This document shows positions 12,589-38,400 of a stretch of DNA of 64,000 nucleotides, piece by piece. Each line of letters opens with the position of its first letter. The first letter of the stretch is position 1. The translations under genes were made by a program, and so were the position numbers. This stretch comes from Chrysomallon squamiferum (Eukaryota > Animalia > Mollusca), in assembly GCA_012295275.1 (NCBI GenBank), contig CM022679.1, forward strand, positions 1,798,001 through 1,862,000. Reading direction: 5' to 3'. The notes beneath the pieces were generated by a model that was not told the origin of the DNA, did no database searches, and saw nothing but the letters and a program-made list of their open reading frames with translations.

Positions 12589-13514
12589 TTATACATTTTA
12601 TGAATGAATTTATGTATGATTTTAATAACACTGTTTTACCCATATACAGTCGATATATTTGTATCAAAGTATATATACTTTTGATATTATACATATTTTA
12701 TTTAAATAAACACTATAATTCATTTTATTATAATAGTAATATTCAGAATGACATATTTTATTCTTTTCATTAATATTTTTATATGTTTATAACTTGCTTC
12801 TTCCAACTTTTTCATGTAAATTTATTTTAAACTACTTTTAAAAATAAATCATTTGAATTACATTATCATTATTTTTAGTGTTGTTTGTTCAGTTTTATTT
12901 TGCTTTTTTACTTTTGTAGGTGAAAATAAATATCAGAAGAGTTCTATTTGTTACCCCACCTATATTCTTATCTCATAAATATACATAAATTATGATTTTT
13001 GAAAACTATTTGGATGAACATTGGTTTAATGAAAAATATTGGTTGACTTCAATTATCTAACAAGCCAAAATCAACTTAGACAGTTTTATAGTACTATTTT
13101 TTTTATATCTATATATCTGTCTGTGTGTCTATGTACCTCTCGATCTACCTAAACAGCCATATAAGGCATATATTACTGTATTAGGTACTACCAAAGTACA
13201 AATTAAAAGAACAAATCGTCAGCAAAGTGTGGTCTTCAAAAATTCCCTTCTCTAGGTCAAATTGAAAAATCTTTTTAAAGAAACTTAGTTTGATGATAGT
13301 ATATATATATCTTGCTACAACCTCGCTTTCGATTTTTGAATTTTGATCAAGGAAAAGTATAACAAATTTTTGATGAAAAATCTTTCTGAAGACCTCAGCA
13401 AAATGATCAGTCACTGGAAAAGTTTTGTGTGAGTCCATCAGTCAAAATATGTTCTCCCTGTAGGTCTGCTTATTGTCTACCGTTGTGCTTAATTTCAACA
13501 AATATAGGGTTGGG

Positions 13515-13620
13515 GAAATTTGCATATGCCATGTGCACGCAAAACCCACTCTTCAGAGGATTGATAATGACGAGTCAGTCCATATCACGTGACGTCAACG
13601 GCGCTTTCTAATTGGCTCAC
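13515..13620 (+). promoter_or_regulatory. Candidate promoter of ARH copy A (octamer, overlapping E-box/CRE, inverted CCAAT)
   Basis: ATTTGCAT (13518-13525), TCACGTGACGTCA (~13585-13597), ATTGG (~13611) in a locally CpG-richer patch, followed by a strong donor CTG|GTGAGT at 13880/13881, a putative UTR mini-exon 15181-15224 and the acceptor at 15274 before the ATG. Confidence 0.5.
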
Positions 13621-14755
13621 CCCGGTGTTGACAAACATTGGCATTCACTGTTTATCCTGTAAAATGATAGAAATGAATCATAGTTTCTCAATAGTTAATG
13701 AAGAAAAAAATGCTCGCAAGTTTTATTCCGACAAAAATTTCTATCTTTTTTTCGATTCAGTGCTATAAAAGAGATTTTGGTGTCATTTTAATATGCATTT
13801 TCCAAGAAAAGGAAAAGAAAAAAGAAAAGAAAAATTGTGCCCCTGCATTTTCTGGAATTAATTTGCCTCCATACAAACTGGTGAGTTCTGTACATTTTCT
13901 TATCTAAATTAAGCACACAGAAGTCTCATTATATAAAATTCACTTTGCTGTGGCTGCAATGTTGACAGAAAATAGCATGTTTGAATATTTCGTTAAATTT
14001 TTTTGTTGTCTTTTTTATAATGTATTTTCTTCTAACAGCAAAGTAACCTTTTCATCATCAGTTAATATGTTTCATGAAATAAATAAAGTTTCCATTAAAC
14101 GAAATGTATTATAATGATATATACGTTAAGTTATTTTTTTTAATAGTAACATTTTCAATTCTGATATATATTTAGCCATTACATTAAATATTAGCGAGCT
14201 CTTTTTAACTTCATTTTTAGTCTGCAACAATCACAAAGCCAAACGATAAATAATTTATGCTTAGTCTTGTCCGTAACACTGACGAAACTTCAACAAAAAG
14301 AACCAAGTTTTCTTATTATTAATACTTTTAAAACACTTTCCTAATTTATTTCATTTAATCAGTACAGAATTACTTATGCAATCTTTCTATTGTGTTTAAT
14401 TATAAGCCACTGATAAACAAATATACTCCTTTGAGCTCTTCCTAATCTGCAGCGTTATTTTTACGATTTCAAAAGACCTACTAAACAAAGGGAGAAATCA
14501 TTATTTTGTTCTGACCTACATAAATATAACTGATCTATTACTGTTTAATAAATAATAAATAAAATAGTAATGTATCTATAAACAAGCAGTAAGATAGAGA
14601 TCGTAAGTAAAGCATTGATTTCATAATAGAAAATAGTGAAAATTAAATAGATTTAGGCTCAAAACATATTTTGTTAATTTCTCCTATCAGTACGGAAATA
14701 GAAAGTGAAAGTTGATTGAAGGCGGTATTTTTACAGACGTAGTTTAAATAGGTAA

Positions 14756-14814
<59 letters not shown>

Positions 14815-15073
14815 AGACACAAAAGTTTGCAACGTGTTTAGAATAAATTAAATACCGTTATTTAAAATGTCAGACCGAATGTCTCAATTTTTCCTTCTTA
14901 CGTAATATCGTTGTGGACTACGGTAACTCATTTTATAATAATATTCTTTCTTCAGTTTTTTAAATATATATATACACGGTAAGATTTATTTTTATTTATT
15001 TATCATCATTGTCGTCGACGTTGTCGTCGTCATCATTTTCATCATCATTATTACATTTAAATTTATTTATTTT

Positions 15074-15108
<35 letters not shown>

Positions 15109-15292
15109 TATTATTTGTATTTCATTTTCTCAAGTGTTTGTCAAAAGTTTTAACGCATTTTTATTTCGCACGTATTTCAGATTAATCCTGAAGAATACAT
15201 AGACAGACACACACCTGCGTGTAGGTAAATTCAACAAAGAAAATTATTTTCAAATTTATTTCGTTCTATTCCAGAAGACTGATTCTACGACT

Positions 15293-22303
<7,011 letters not shown>

Positions 22304-23057
22304 GAATGTTGATACAAGAGAAATTCAAACTCAGAATGTTGATATAAGAGATACTCAAACTGAGAATACTTATACAAGAGAAAGTCAAACTGAAAATGTT
22401 GACATTCATTTTCACCACCATTTTGACATGTTCACCATTATGTTTACATTTATTTTACTATGTTTATGTTCGTGTTGTTTTATATTTTCATTTATTGTAA
22501 AGCATGCTTGAACTTTCTTGCTATATAAATATGGTATAATAATAATAATAAAAACTGATACAAGAGAAATTAACCTGAGAATAAATCAAAACAAAAGAAT
22601 ACACTACCATATTCAAAATATGGTCAGACACAAGTTTGTTTTAATATATTTAATATATATCTGCCTGTGTGTCTATGTACCTCTCGATCTACCTAAACAG
22701 CCATATAAGGCATATATTACTGTATTAGGTACTACCAAAGTACAAATTAAAAGAACAAATCGTCAGCAAAGTGTGGTCTTCAAAAATTCCCTTCTCTCGG
22801 TCAAATTGAAAAATCGTTTTAAAGAAACTTAGTTTGATGATAGTATATATATCTTGCTACAACCTCGCTTTCGATTTTTGAATTTTGATCAAGGAGAAGT
22901 TTAACAAATTTTTGATGAAAAAAATCTTTCTGAAAACCTCAGCAAAGTCATCAGTCACTGGAAAAGTTTTGTGTGAGTCCATTAGTCAAAATATGTTCTC
23001 CCTGTAGGTCTGCTTATTGTCTACCGTTGTGCTTAATTTCAACAAATATAGGGTTGG

Positions 23058-23165
23058 GAAAATTTGCATATGCCATGTGCACGCAAAACCCACTCTTCAG
23101 AGGATCGATAATGACGAGTCAGTCCATATCACGTGACGTCGACGGCGCTTTCTAATTGGCTCACC
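23058..23165 (+). promoter_or_regulatory. Candidate promoter of ARH copy B
   Basis: Duplicate of 13515-13620: ATTTGCAT, TCACGTGACGTCG (CRE last base changed), ATTGG; UTR exon donor CTG|GTGAGT at ~23425. Confidence 0.5.
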
Positions 23166-24301
23166 CCGGTGTTGACAAACATTGGCATTCAGTGTTTATC
23201 CTGTAAAATGATAGAAATGAATCACAGTTTCTCAATAGTTAATGAAGAAAAAAATGCCCGCAAGTTTTATTCCGACAAAAATTTCTATCTTTTTTTCGAT
23301 TCAGTGCTATCAAAGAGATTTTGGTGTCATTTTAATATGCATTTTCCAAGAAAAGGAAAAGAAAAAAGAAAAGAAAAATTGTGCCCCTGCATTTTGCTGG
23401 AATTAATTTGCCTCCATACAAACTGGTGAGTTCTGTACATTTTCTTATCTAAATTAAGCACACAGAAGTCTCATTATATAAAATTCACTTTGCTGTGGCT
23501 TCAATGTTGACAGAAAATAGCATGTTTGAATATTTCGTTAAATTTTTTTGTTGTCTTTTTTATAATGTATTTTCTTCTAACAGCAAAGTAACCTTTTCAT
23601 CATCAGTTAATATGTTTCATGAAATAAATAAAGTTTCCCTTACACGAAATGTATTATAATGTTATATACGCTAAGTTATTTTTTTTTGATAGTAACATTT
23701 TCAATTCTGATATATATTTAGCCATTATATTAAATATTAGCGAGCTCTTTTTAACTTCATTTTTAGTGTGCAACAATCACAAAGCCAGACGATAAATAAT
23801 TTATGCTTAGTCTTGTCCGTAACACTGACGAAACTTCAACAAAAAGAACCAAGTGTTCTCATTATTAATACTTTTAAAACACTTTCCTAATTTATTTCAT
23901 TTAATCAGTACAGAATTACTTATGCAATCTTTCTATTGTGTTTAATTATAAGCCACTGACAAACAAATATACTCCTTTGAGCTCTTCCTAATCTGCAGTG
24001 TTATTTTTACGATTTCAAAAGACCTACTAAACAAAGGGAGAAATTATTATTTTTTTCTGACCTACATAAATATAACTGATCTATTACTGTTTAATAAATA
24101 ATAAATAAAATAGTAATGTATCTGTAAACAAGCAGTAAGATAGAGATCGTAAGTAAAGCATTGATTTCATAATAGGAAATAGTGAAAATTAAATAGATTT
24201 AGGCTCAAAACATGTTTTGTTAATTTCTCCTATCAGTACGGAAATAGAAAGTGAAAGTTGACTGAAGGCGGTATTTTTACAGACGTAGTTTAAATAGGTA
24301 A

Positions 24302-24363
<62 letters not shown>

Positions 24364-24858
24364 TACAGACACAAAAGTTTGCAACGTGTTTAGAATAAAT
24401 TAAATACCGTTATTTAAAATGTCAGACCGAATGTCTCAATTTTTCCTTCTTACGTAATATCGTTGTGGACTACCGTAACTAATTTTATAATAATATTCTT
24501 TCTTCAGTTTTTTAAATATATATATACACGGTAAGATTTATTTTTATTTATTTATCATCATCGTCGTCATCATTTTCATCATCATTATTACATTTAAATT
24601 TATTTATTTTCATTGTGTATATATATACATATATATATTTTTTTTATTTTTATTTTTATTTTTTTTTAAATTATTATTATTGCTATTTCATTTTCTCAAG
24701 TGTTTGTCAAAAGTTTTAACGCATTTTTATTTCGCACGTATTTCAGATTAATCCTGAAGAATACATAGACAGACACACACCTGCGTGCAGGTAAATTCAA
24801 CAAAGAATATTATTTTCAAATTTATTTCATTGTATTCCAGAAGACTGATTCTACGACT

Positions 24859-30351
<5,493 letters not shown>

Positions 30352-32229
30352 GAATGTTGATACAAGAGAAATTCAAACTCAGAATGTTGATATAAGAGAT
30401 ACTCAAACTGAGAATACTTATACAAGAGAAAGTCAAACTGAAAATGTTGACATTCATTTTCACCACCATTTTGACGTTCACCATTATGTTTACATTTATT
30501 TTATTATGTTTATGTTCATGTTGTTTTATATTTTCATTTATTGTAAAGCATGCTTGAACTTTCTTGCTATATAATATGGTATATTAATAATAATAATAAC
30601 TGATACAAGAGAAATTAACCTGAGAATAAAGAAGGAGGAGGAAGTAAGTGTGAGAATGATGATTTAGGAGAAAGTAAAAGGAGAAAGGAATCCTAGAATA
30701 ATGATTTATGAGGATGAAAGAGAGAATGTTGATAAAACTAAAAAAGACTAAAGTCAAATGAATATGGTTAGCAGAAATGAGACTGAATGATAAATGGATG
30801 AGAAAATATTGTGTAATTGTGGAATAAATTAAAATGGAATAAAAATTATGAGTTGAGCAGTCATAAGAAGTCAGAAGAGAAGAGGATGAAAAAGACATTA
30901 ATTAAGAGACTGTCAACATTTAGATCAAAATTAAAAATATATATATTTTTAAATCAAAACAAAAGAATACACTACCATATTCAAAATATGGTCAGACACA
31001 AGTTTGTTTTAATATATTTAAAAGGAAATGAAAGCTGGTGTACACAGCTAAAGACTTGTTAGTTTTCTTGTGTGGCTTTTGTATTACTCCTCAGCATTTA
31101 TACAACAAATATAAACATCTGCTGGTCAGAAATCTACATTTTGACATTTATTTTTAGTTTGGCTGGTTTGTTTCTCCTGTTTTCATTTTTAGTAATTTTG
31201 TTATGTTAATAATCTGTATATGTACGTGTGTGTTATATATTTTAGGAATGAATTTATGTATGATTTTAATAACGCTGTTTTACCTATATACAGACCTGAC
31301 ATATTTGTACGTATATATATTTTTGACATTATACATATTTCATGTAAATAAACACAACTCATTTGTTATAGCAGTAATGTGCAGACTGACATTTTATTTT
31401 TTTCATTAATTTTTTTATATGTTTATAATTTGCTTATTTTATCTTTTTGATGTAAAGTTAGGTTAAAATTACTTTTAAAAATAAATCATTTGAATTACTT
31501 GATTATTATTATTATTATTGTTGTTGTTTGTTTAGTGTTGTTTTGTTTTTTAGTTAGGTGAAAATAAATTTCAGAGGAATTCTATTCGTTACCCCACCTA
31601 TATTCTTATCTCATAAATATACATAAATTATGATTTTTGAAAATGATAAACTACTTGGATGAACAGTGGTTTAATGACAAAATATTGGTTGACCTGTTAT
31701 CTAACAAGCCAAAATCAACTTAAGACAGTCTGATTTTTTTATCTACATATCTGTCTGTGTGGCTTTGTATGTTTGTTTCTATCTATATAAACACCTATAT
31801 AAGGCATACATTACTTTATTAGGTACTACCCAAGTACAAAGTAGAACAAATCGTATTCGTAGGAAATATTCATTAATACCTCTGCAGCTAGATTAACTAT
31901 TATGTGTTATGAAATATGGTTACTATTCGAATGAAATTATCTTGTGAATTAATGAAAATCATCAGCTGTTCAAAATAGCCCTATTGAGACTATTCTTTTC
32001 TTGTCTCACTTTGAGTTTGATGCCCGAATGGCCAATGGTTTAGTAAAGGGAGATAATCAATAGGAAATACGCGTCGATACTATCCCAAAATTCAAGGTAC
32101 AAAATGGAGATAGGAAGTTGGAAAAGAAAGCTGGAGATCGCAACATAATTTTCTGTTCCGTTTATTTTTTATTCCATAAATACATTTCAGACGAAATCTT
32201 GTCACTGGGTAGCGGATATCATCATAATC

Positions 32230-32389
32230 ATGGTAAGTAACACGATAGTGATGTCATTTTAAAAATTAATCACAAAAATTCCAGTAGCAACGATTGCACG
32301 AGTAACTCAGAACCCACCAATACTGAACTGAGTACATACTGATACTACATGTTCTGTTGTTCATGTACTATAAATATTATTGTTCTGTT

Positions 32390-32457
<68 letters not shown>

Positions 32458-35400
32458 TTATTGCAGTTTACTGTTTGGATCTTCAGGAAATTTGTGGTGG
32501 GGATGAATGTGTTTGTTCGAGAGAAAGAGAATGAATGAATGATTTGGTGTATACATATTTTTATGTGATAATTAATATTTCATGCTGTAAAATCATGCAC
32601 ACAATGTCACGTATATAAATTATACCAAAGCAGCATAAATGTTGTTCAGTATTTGTATTGCTGTTAGTGTTTGAAAAAGAAGAAGAAAGAAATGTATGTT
32701 TAATGTTAACATTATTTTGAGATTTAGTTACACCATTTTGAAGTTTTTTCTTGTTATTTTTAATTGTATTTATGACCAAATGTTCACTTGAAGAATAAAA
32801 CCATTATGATCCTCTAATGACACCCTGCAAAAAAGAATCATGTCTTAAAAAAAATAATTAATTCAATCATATAAATATTATTATTTATTTTGTAAAGTGA
32901 TATGGATTTGTTGTTTGTTATGAAGGTATCAACAAATGAATCTCTGCAGGCTTTGGAGTCACTGATGACAGAATTTTTCAACAGCAACACAACAAATGTC
33001 AGAAAACGTGAAATTGGTAACAGCTCATTATTATACTGAAATTTGGTCAATTCTGGGGCTTTTATATTTAAGTGACAATTTGTACAAAGTACAGAAAAGA
33101 CAGTTTCTTTTTACAAACATTTTTTTATCAAACAGTTAATACTGTATTAGAAGTATAAATCTATTTTCTTTTATTTAATTTTCATATTTATTTATGTATT
33201 TTCTTTTTATATGTATATATGTATCTATGTATTTTCCATGATTAATTATTTTTAATGATAGATAATATTAAATATTTCTATGAGTGGAAATCATTCAGGA
33301 TTTGATATTAAATATTGATTTCTGTGTATGCATATATGTATTAAAGTTATAAATGTATTTATCTCAGCAGATAGATTTTAAACAGATGTTTGTTTTGTCT
33401 GTTTAGAGGTTCTGCTGGAGAGTTTTAGTCAGACTAAAGATGCTTGGCGACATTGTCTGTACTTCCTAGCCAACACAAGAAATGAGTATGTCATGATGTT
33501 CTGCTTGAATGTGCTGGAGGTATGAACGTCAGTTATATGCAAGCCTTTTATTTTCACTGTCCTTTCATCAGCAGGGACTATTAAGAAATTACAAAACACA
33601 ATTTGCCTATTGACATTTTTGCTAGAAATAGTATAACTGACCTGTATTTGTGAAGGCACAAACATCCAAAAGATAAATACTTGACACCCACACACGCAAG
33701 AGCATTGTTCACAACATTATTATTTAATATAAAACAAACAAACAAAATAAACTAGTAAAATAAATATAATTCTGAAATCTGGAAAAATTTAACATTTGAA
33801 AATCTTTTTATTTTAGTAAACATGGCATGAAAAAATATTTTTTAATTTTACTTTGCAGAAAAATTCATTTTGTATATTAAGATTTTTATTTATTACACAG
33901 AATAAAACACATTTTTGAATTATGAAAAACAGCCCTGAAAAATAACAGGAAGTTGCATTGTTTCTTTTTCATTTGACAAAATTTTGATTTAATTTTTTTT
34001 AAGTTATTTATATATTAATTCTATTTATGAATATAAATAAACATTTTTTTATTTATTTATTTTTTTAATCATTATTATTTTGTTGACAGAAATTGATAAA
34101 TCAGCAGTGGATAGGTCAGGATGGACAAACCAAATTGGAAGTTCGTTCAACTCTAAATCAGTTTCTTCTCTCTCACCATGGCAACGTTCAGACGTACATC
34201 AGAAACAAACTCATCAAACTTGTTGTCGACATCGGCAGATCTGACTGGCCTCACTTCTACCCAGATTTCTTCTCCAGCATTCTTCAGGTCGTTTCTGTTA
34301 TTAGAAATATCAAGTTATTGTCATAAATATGTACACCTTGTAAATATCAAGTGCACATTGTAAATATCAGGTACACTATATGCATCATGTAAACATCAGA
34401 TTTTACATCTCCATAGTAACAATATATCAAATTAACATAGCAGTACATCAGATTATTTATGTTGATTCAACATTACCACAGTAACAGTATATCAGATCAT
34501 CAATGTTTGATTTTATATCTCCATAGGAAAAATATAAAATTATCTTTGTTTGATTTTCGTATCTCCCTGCTTACTTTGTTGTTTGTGCTTGATTTGACAG
34601 CTTGTACAACAGCAGGAGACAACCCTGTTGGGGGTGATTCTGCTGCAGACAGCATCAGAGGAGATGGCAACTCCTCGTGAAGACCTCAGTGTGTCTCGGC
34701 GGGAAGAACTCAGCCGTCTGCTTCTCGCTCAAGTTCAAACTGTGCTCAGCATTCTTAACAGTACGTCTCATCTTGTCTAGTCTGTTTGTTATCAGCTCTT
34801 ACTGCCTGTCTAGTCTGTTTGTTATCAGCTCTTACTGCCTGTCTAGTCTGTTTGTTATCAGCTCTTACTGCCTGTCCAGTCTGTTTGTTATCAGCTCTTA
34901 CTGCCTGTCCAGTCTGTTTGTTATCAGCTCTTACTGCCTGTCCAGTCTGTTTGTTATCAGCTCTTACTGCCTGTCCAGTCTGTTTGTTATCAGCTCTTAC
35001 TGCCTGTCTAGTCTGTTTGTTATCAGCTCTTACTGCCTGTCTAGTCTGTTTGTTATCAGCTCTTACTGCCTGTCCAGTCTGTTTGTTATCAGCTCTTACT
35101 GCCTGTCTAGTCTGTTTGTTATCAGCTCTTACTGCCTGTCTAGTCTGTTTGTTATCAGCTCTTACTGCCTGTCTAGTGTGTTTGTTATCAGCTCTTACTG
35201 CCTGTCTAGTCTGTTTATCAGCTCTTACTGCTTGTCTAGTGTGTTTGTTATCAGCTCTTACTGCCTGTCTAGTGTGTTTGTTATCAGCTCTTACTGCCTG
35301 TCCAGTCTGTTTGTTATCAGCTCTTACTGCCTGTCTAGTCTGTTTATCAGCTCTTACTGCTTGTCTAGTGTGTTTGTTATCAGCTCTTACTGCCTGTCTA

Positions 35401-38400
35401 GTCTGTTTATCAGCTCTTACTGCCTGTCTAGTCTGTTTGTTATCAGCTCTTACTGCCTGTCCAGTCTGTTTGTTATCAGCTCTTACTGCCTGTCTAGTCT
35501 GTTTGTTATCAGCTCTTACTGCCTGTCTAGTGTGTTTGTTATCAGCTCTTACTGCCTGTCTAGTCTGTTTATCAGCTCTTACTGCTTGTCTAGTCTGTTT
35601 GTTATCGGCTCTTACTGCCTGTCTAGTCTGTTTGTTATCAGCTCTTACTGCCTGTCTAGTGTGTTTGTTATCAGCTCTTACTGCCTGTCTAGTCTGTTTG
35701 TTATCAGCTCTTACTGCCTGTCTAGTCTGTTTATCAGCTCTTACTGCTTGTCTAGTCTGTTTGTTATCAGCTCTTACTGCCTGTCTAGTGTGTTTGTTAT
35801 CAGCTCTTACTGCCTGTCTAGTCGTTTCTATCTCTGTTTGTTATAAACCATTAACAGTTGTACTGATCAAGTTTCATTATTTACTTTTTGCAAACTTTGG
35901 ATTATGACCTTTTTGTCAGATTTCTGCTATTTTAAAACATATTTTAATCAGTGTGACCAACACAACTTGTATGAAAGCTGTTAAGTGGTCTCCCTTTGAT
36001 ATTATACTCTATTAACACAGTATTTAACTACTGGTTAACACATAAAATTTGTCTCTGACAAAAACATGTTTAAAAGGAGATCAGCTTTCTTTCTCTTTTG
36101 TAGTAGTCATGTGTTATGTAAGGTATATCAGTAAGAAAAGTCTTTGTTACTTTTTAACAGGCTTAATTCAGACATTGTGGATTGTTTGTGAGTAGGCTGT
36201 CACAATGATACAGTTTAACTCTAGATTATGTATTCTGATTGCTATTTTTTAAAACGGCAAAACATATGTAGAAAGAACAGTTTGCCAAGACTTCCACTTA
36301 ACAAAACAATATACTGATATATATATAATTATTTTCTAAGACTAATTGGTTTCCACTATTTTCAGATATTTTAGAAACAGTATTAGAAGAACACAGACAT
36401 TTGGTATGTGCCACACCCCCACCTTCCCCTACCCATGGCAACAGGGGAGTGACTCGCCTTCCTTCACTAATGTTGTTTTCTTCATCTCCTGTCAGATCAG
36501 GTTTGTACTACACCATTGTTTTTAATCAGAGAATAGCAATAACAGTTATATTTGACTTGTTTGTTCTTTCTATAGCATATAGGAGCTAATATCCCCAGCT
36601 AGCACATTTATCTGGACCAGAGACTGCTCATATATGCTGGCTGGATATTAATCACTTTAAATCAGACAGAATGATAATTTCATACTTTTTTTTCACTTTT
36701 ACTATGCAGCTTGTAGGGGAAGTTACTCAAATTGTTACAGCTTCCTGTTTGATTAATGTTCATTTGAGTATTTTATGAAATATAGTATATGATGATGCAT
36801 AATAGTCTGACAAATCAAATTATTTTTTTTAATAACCTTAAATGGAAAATTTAATTTTTTTAATCAAGACATTTTTCTAGTTTAGTATTTGGGCAGTATT
36901 TTAGATGCGTGTCTGTAGATATCTGTAAATAATACTTCCCAGCTCAGATCCAGTGTGATTCTCAGAGTGAAAGTCTAACAACAGTGTTTTTGTTTCAGAC
37001 AGCATATTAAGTACTCTGTTTCAAAAACCAAATCAAGGGTTTAAGTTTGATGCTCTGCCATTGCTAGACGACCAGTCCCAGCAGCTTTGTGCAGCAACAT
37101 TGTCGTGTCTTGCTCACTACTTCAGCTGGATTCCTCTATCATCGTCTATCACAACAGACATTCTCAGTACTTTGTTCCACTTTGCTGGTTTCGGCTGTGA
37201 AATGCACAACCAGCGATCATGTAACTCAACTTCCCCAGCCACAGTGAGGAGTCACGATCTGGGAATGCTGGCTATGAACTGTGTCAATGAACTGTTGTCA
37301 AAAAACTGTGTTCCTCCAGAGTTTGAAGATTTCCTCTTGCAGATGTTTCAGCAGACATTTTACCTGCTGCAGAGACTCACTAAGGAATGCAGTACTAATG
37401 CTACTGGAAACAGACTGGAACAACTAGATGAAAGGTAGGTGACAAGTAAACTGGGTTTATCATCTTAGTTTTCATGCAACAGGGGTTGCATCACTTTTTC
37501 TAAACTCTTTACAGCTTTGGTGCAGCTTTAACCTACATAACCTTAGATATGTTCTTAATTGTGTGTGATCAACTTAGATTATGAATTATTTTTGGGGATT
37601 CATTTGACTTTCTCAACAAGTATACTCTTTTTGTCCTATACATACATGTTTTTTATTTGTTTCTTTTTTCTTCTTTTTTTTATCTTTCATTTTCCGATTC
37701 TTTCAATACATACAGATTCTCTCAATGTTTTTGTTAATGAAGAAAATATTACCAAATTTTATATCTTTAATTCAGTTCTTTTGTTTTCAATCAGTGTAAA
37801 AGTGAAACACTTTGTGTTTTGCTTACATGAGTAATTAGTATAAATTTATAAATAATTCATCATGAATATTTTGTTTTCACAGTTACATAGAAAAATTTAC
37901 AGATTTCCTGCAACTTTTTGTGAGCATTCATCTACGCCGGTTTGAGTCTAATCCTCAGTTCCCGGTTTTGGAATTTTTAGCTTTGTTTTTCAAGTACACA
38001 TTCAGACAGGTAAGCTGAAACATTTTTATTTCTGTTGTTTGTTTACCTTCTTTGTTTTGTTTAACAACATGAGTAAATTGATTAATCTCTCATTACAGAC
38101 ATTCTCTCTCTCTCTCTCTCCATCTCTGTCTCTTGCTCCTTCTCTCTGTCTTTCTCTTTCTCTCTATCTCTATGTCTCTTGCTGCCCCTCTCTCTCTCTC
38201 TGATAATTGTAATTTAGAGTTCTAGGAAAATCTACAGCTTTATACAGTGATAGCAAAAGATTTTGTTACGTGTACCTGCACATTAATCGGAAGGAACATA
38301 ATGATAGTGACACTGACAAGGGTTGACCCAGGTTTTCTTCATTCTTCAGGCAAAAGACCTAGCCACTGTATTTCTACAGTGTTACTTTTTATTAGCATGG

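Noticed and set aside
13181-13438. Minus-strand 85-aa ORF divergent from the ARH promoter
   Set aside because: No recognisable domain and the frame is not preserved in the duplicate at ~22730-22980.
34677-35907. 389-aa and 373-aa ORFs of SSLFVISSYCL / LLSALTACLVC repeats
   Set aside because: Translations of an intronic 33-bp minisatellite within XPO6; openness follows from unit length being a multiple of three.
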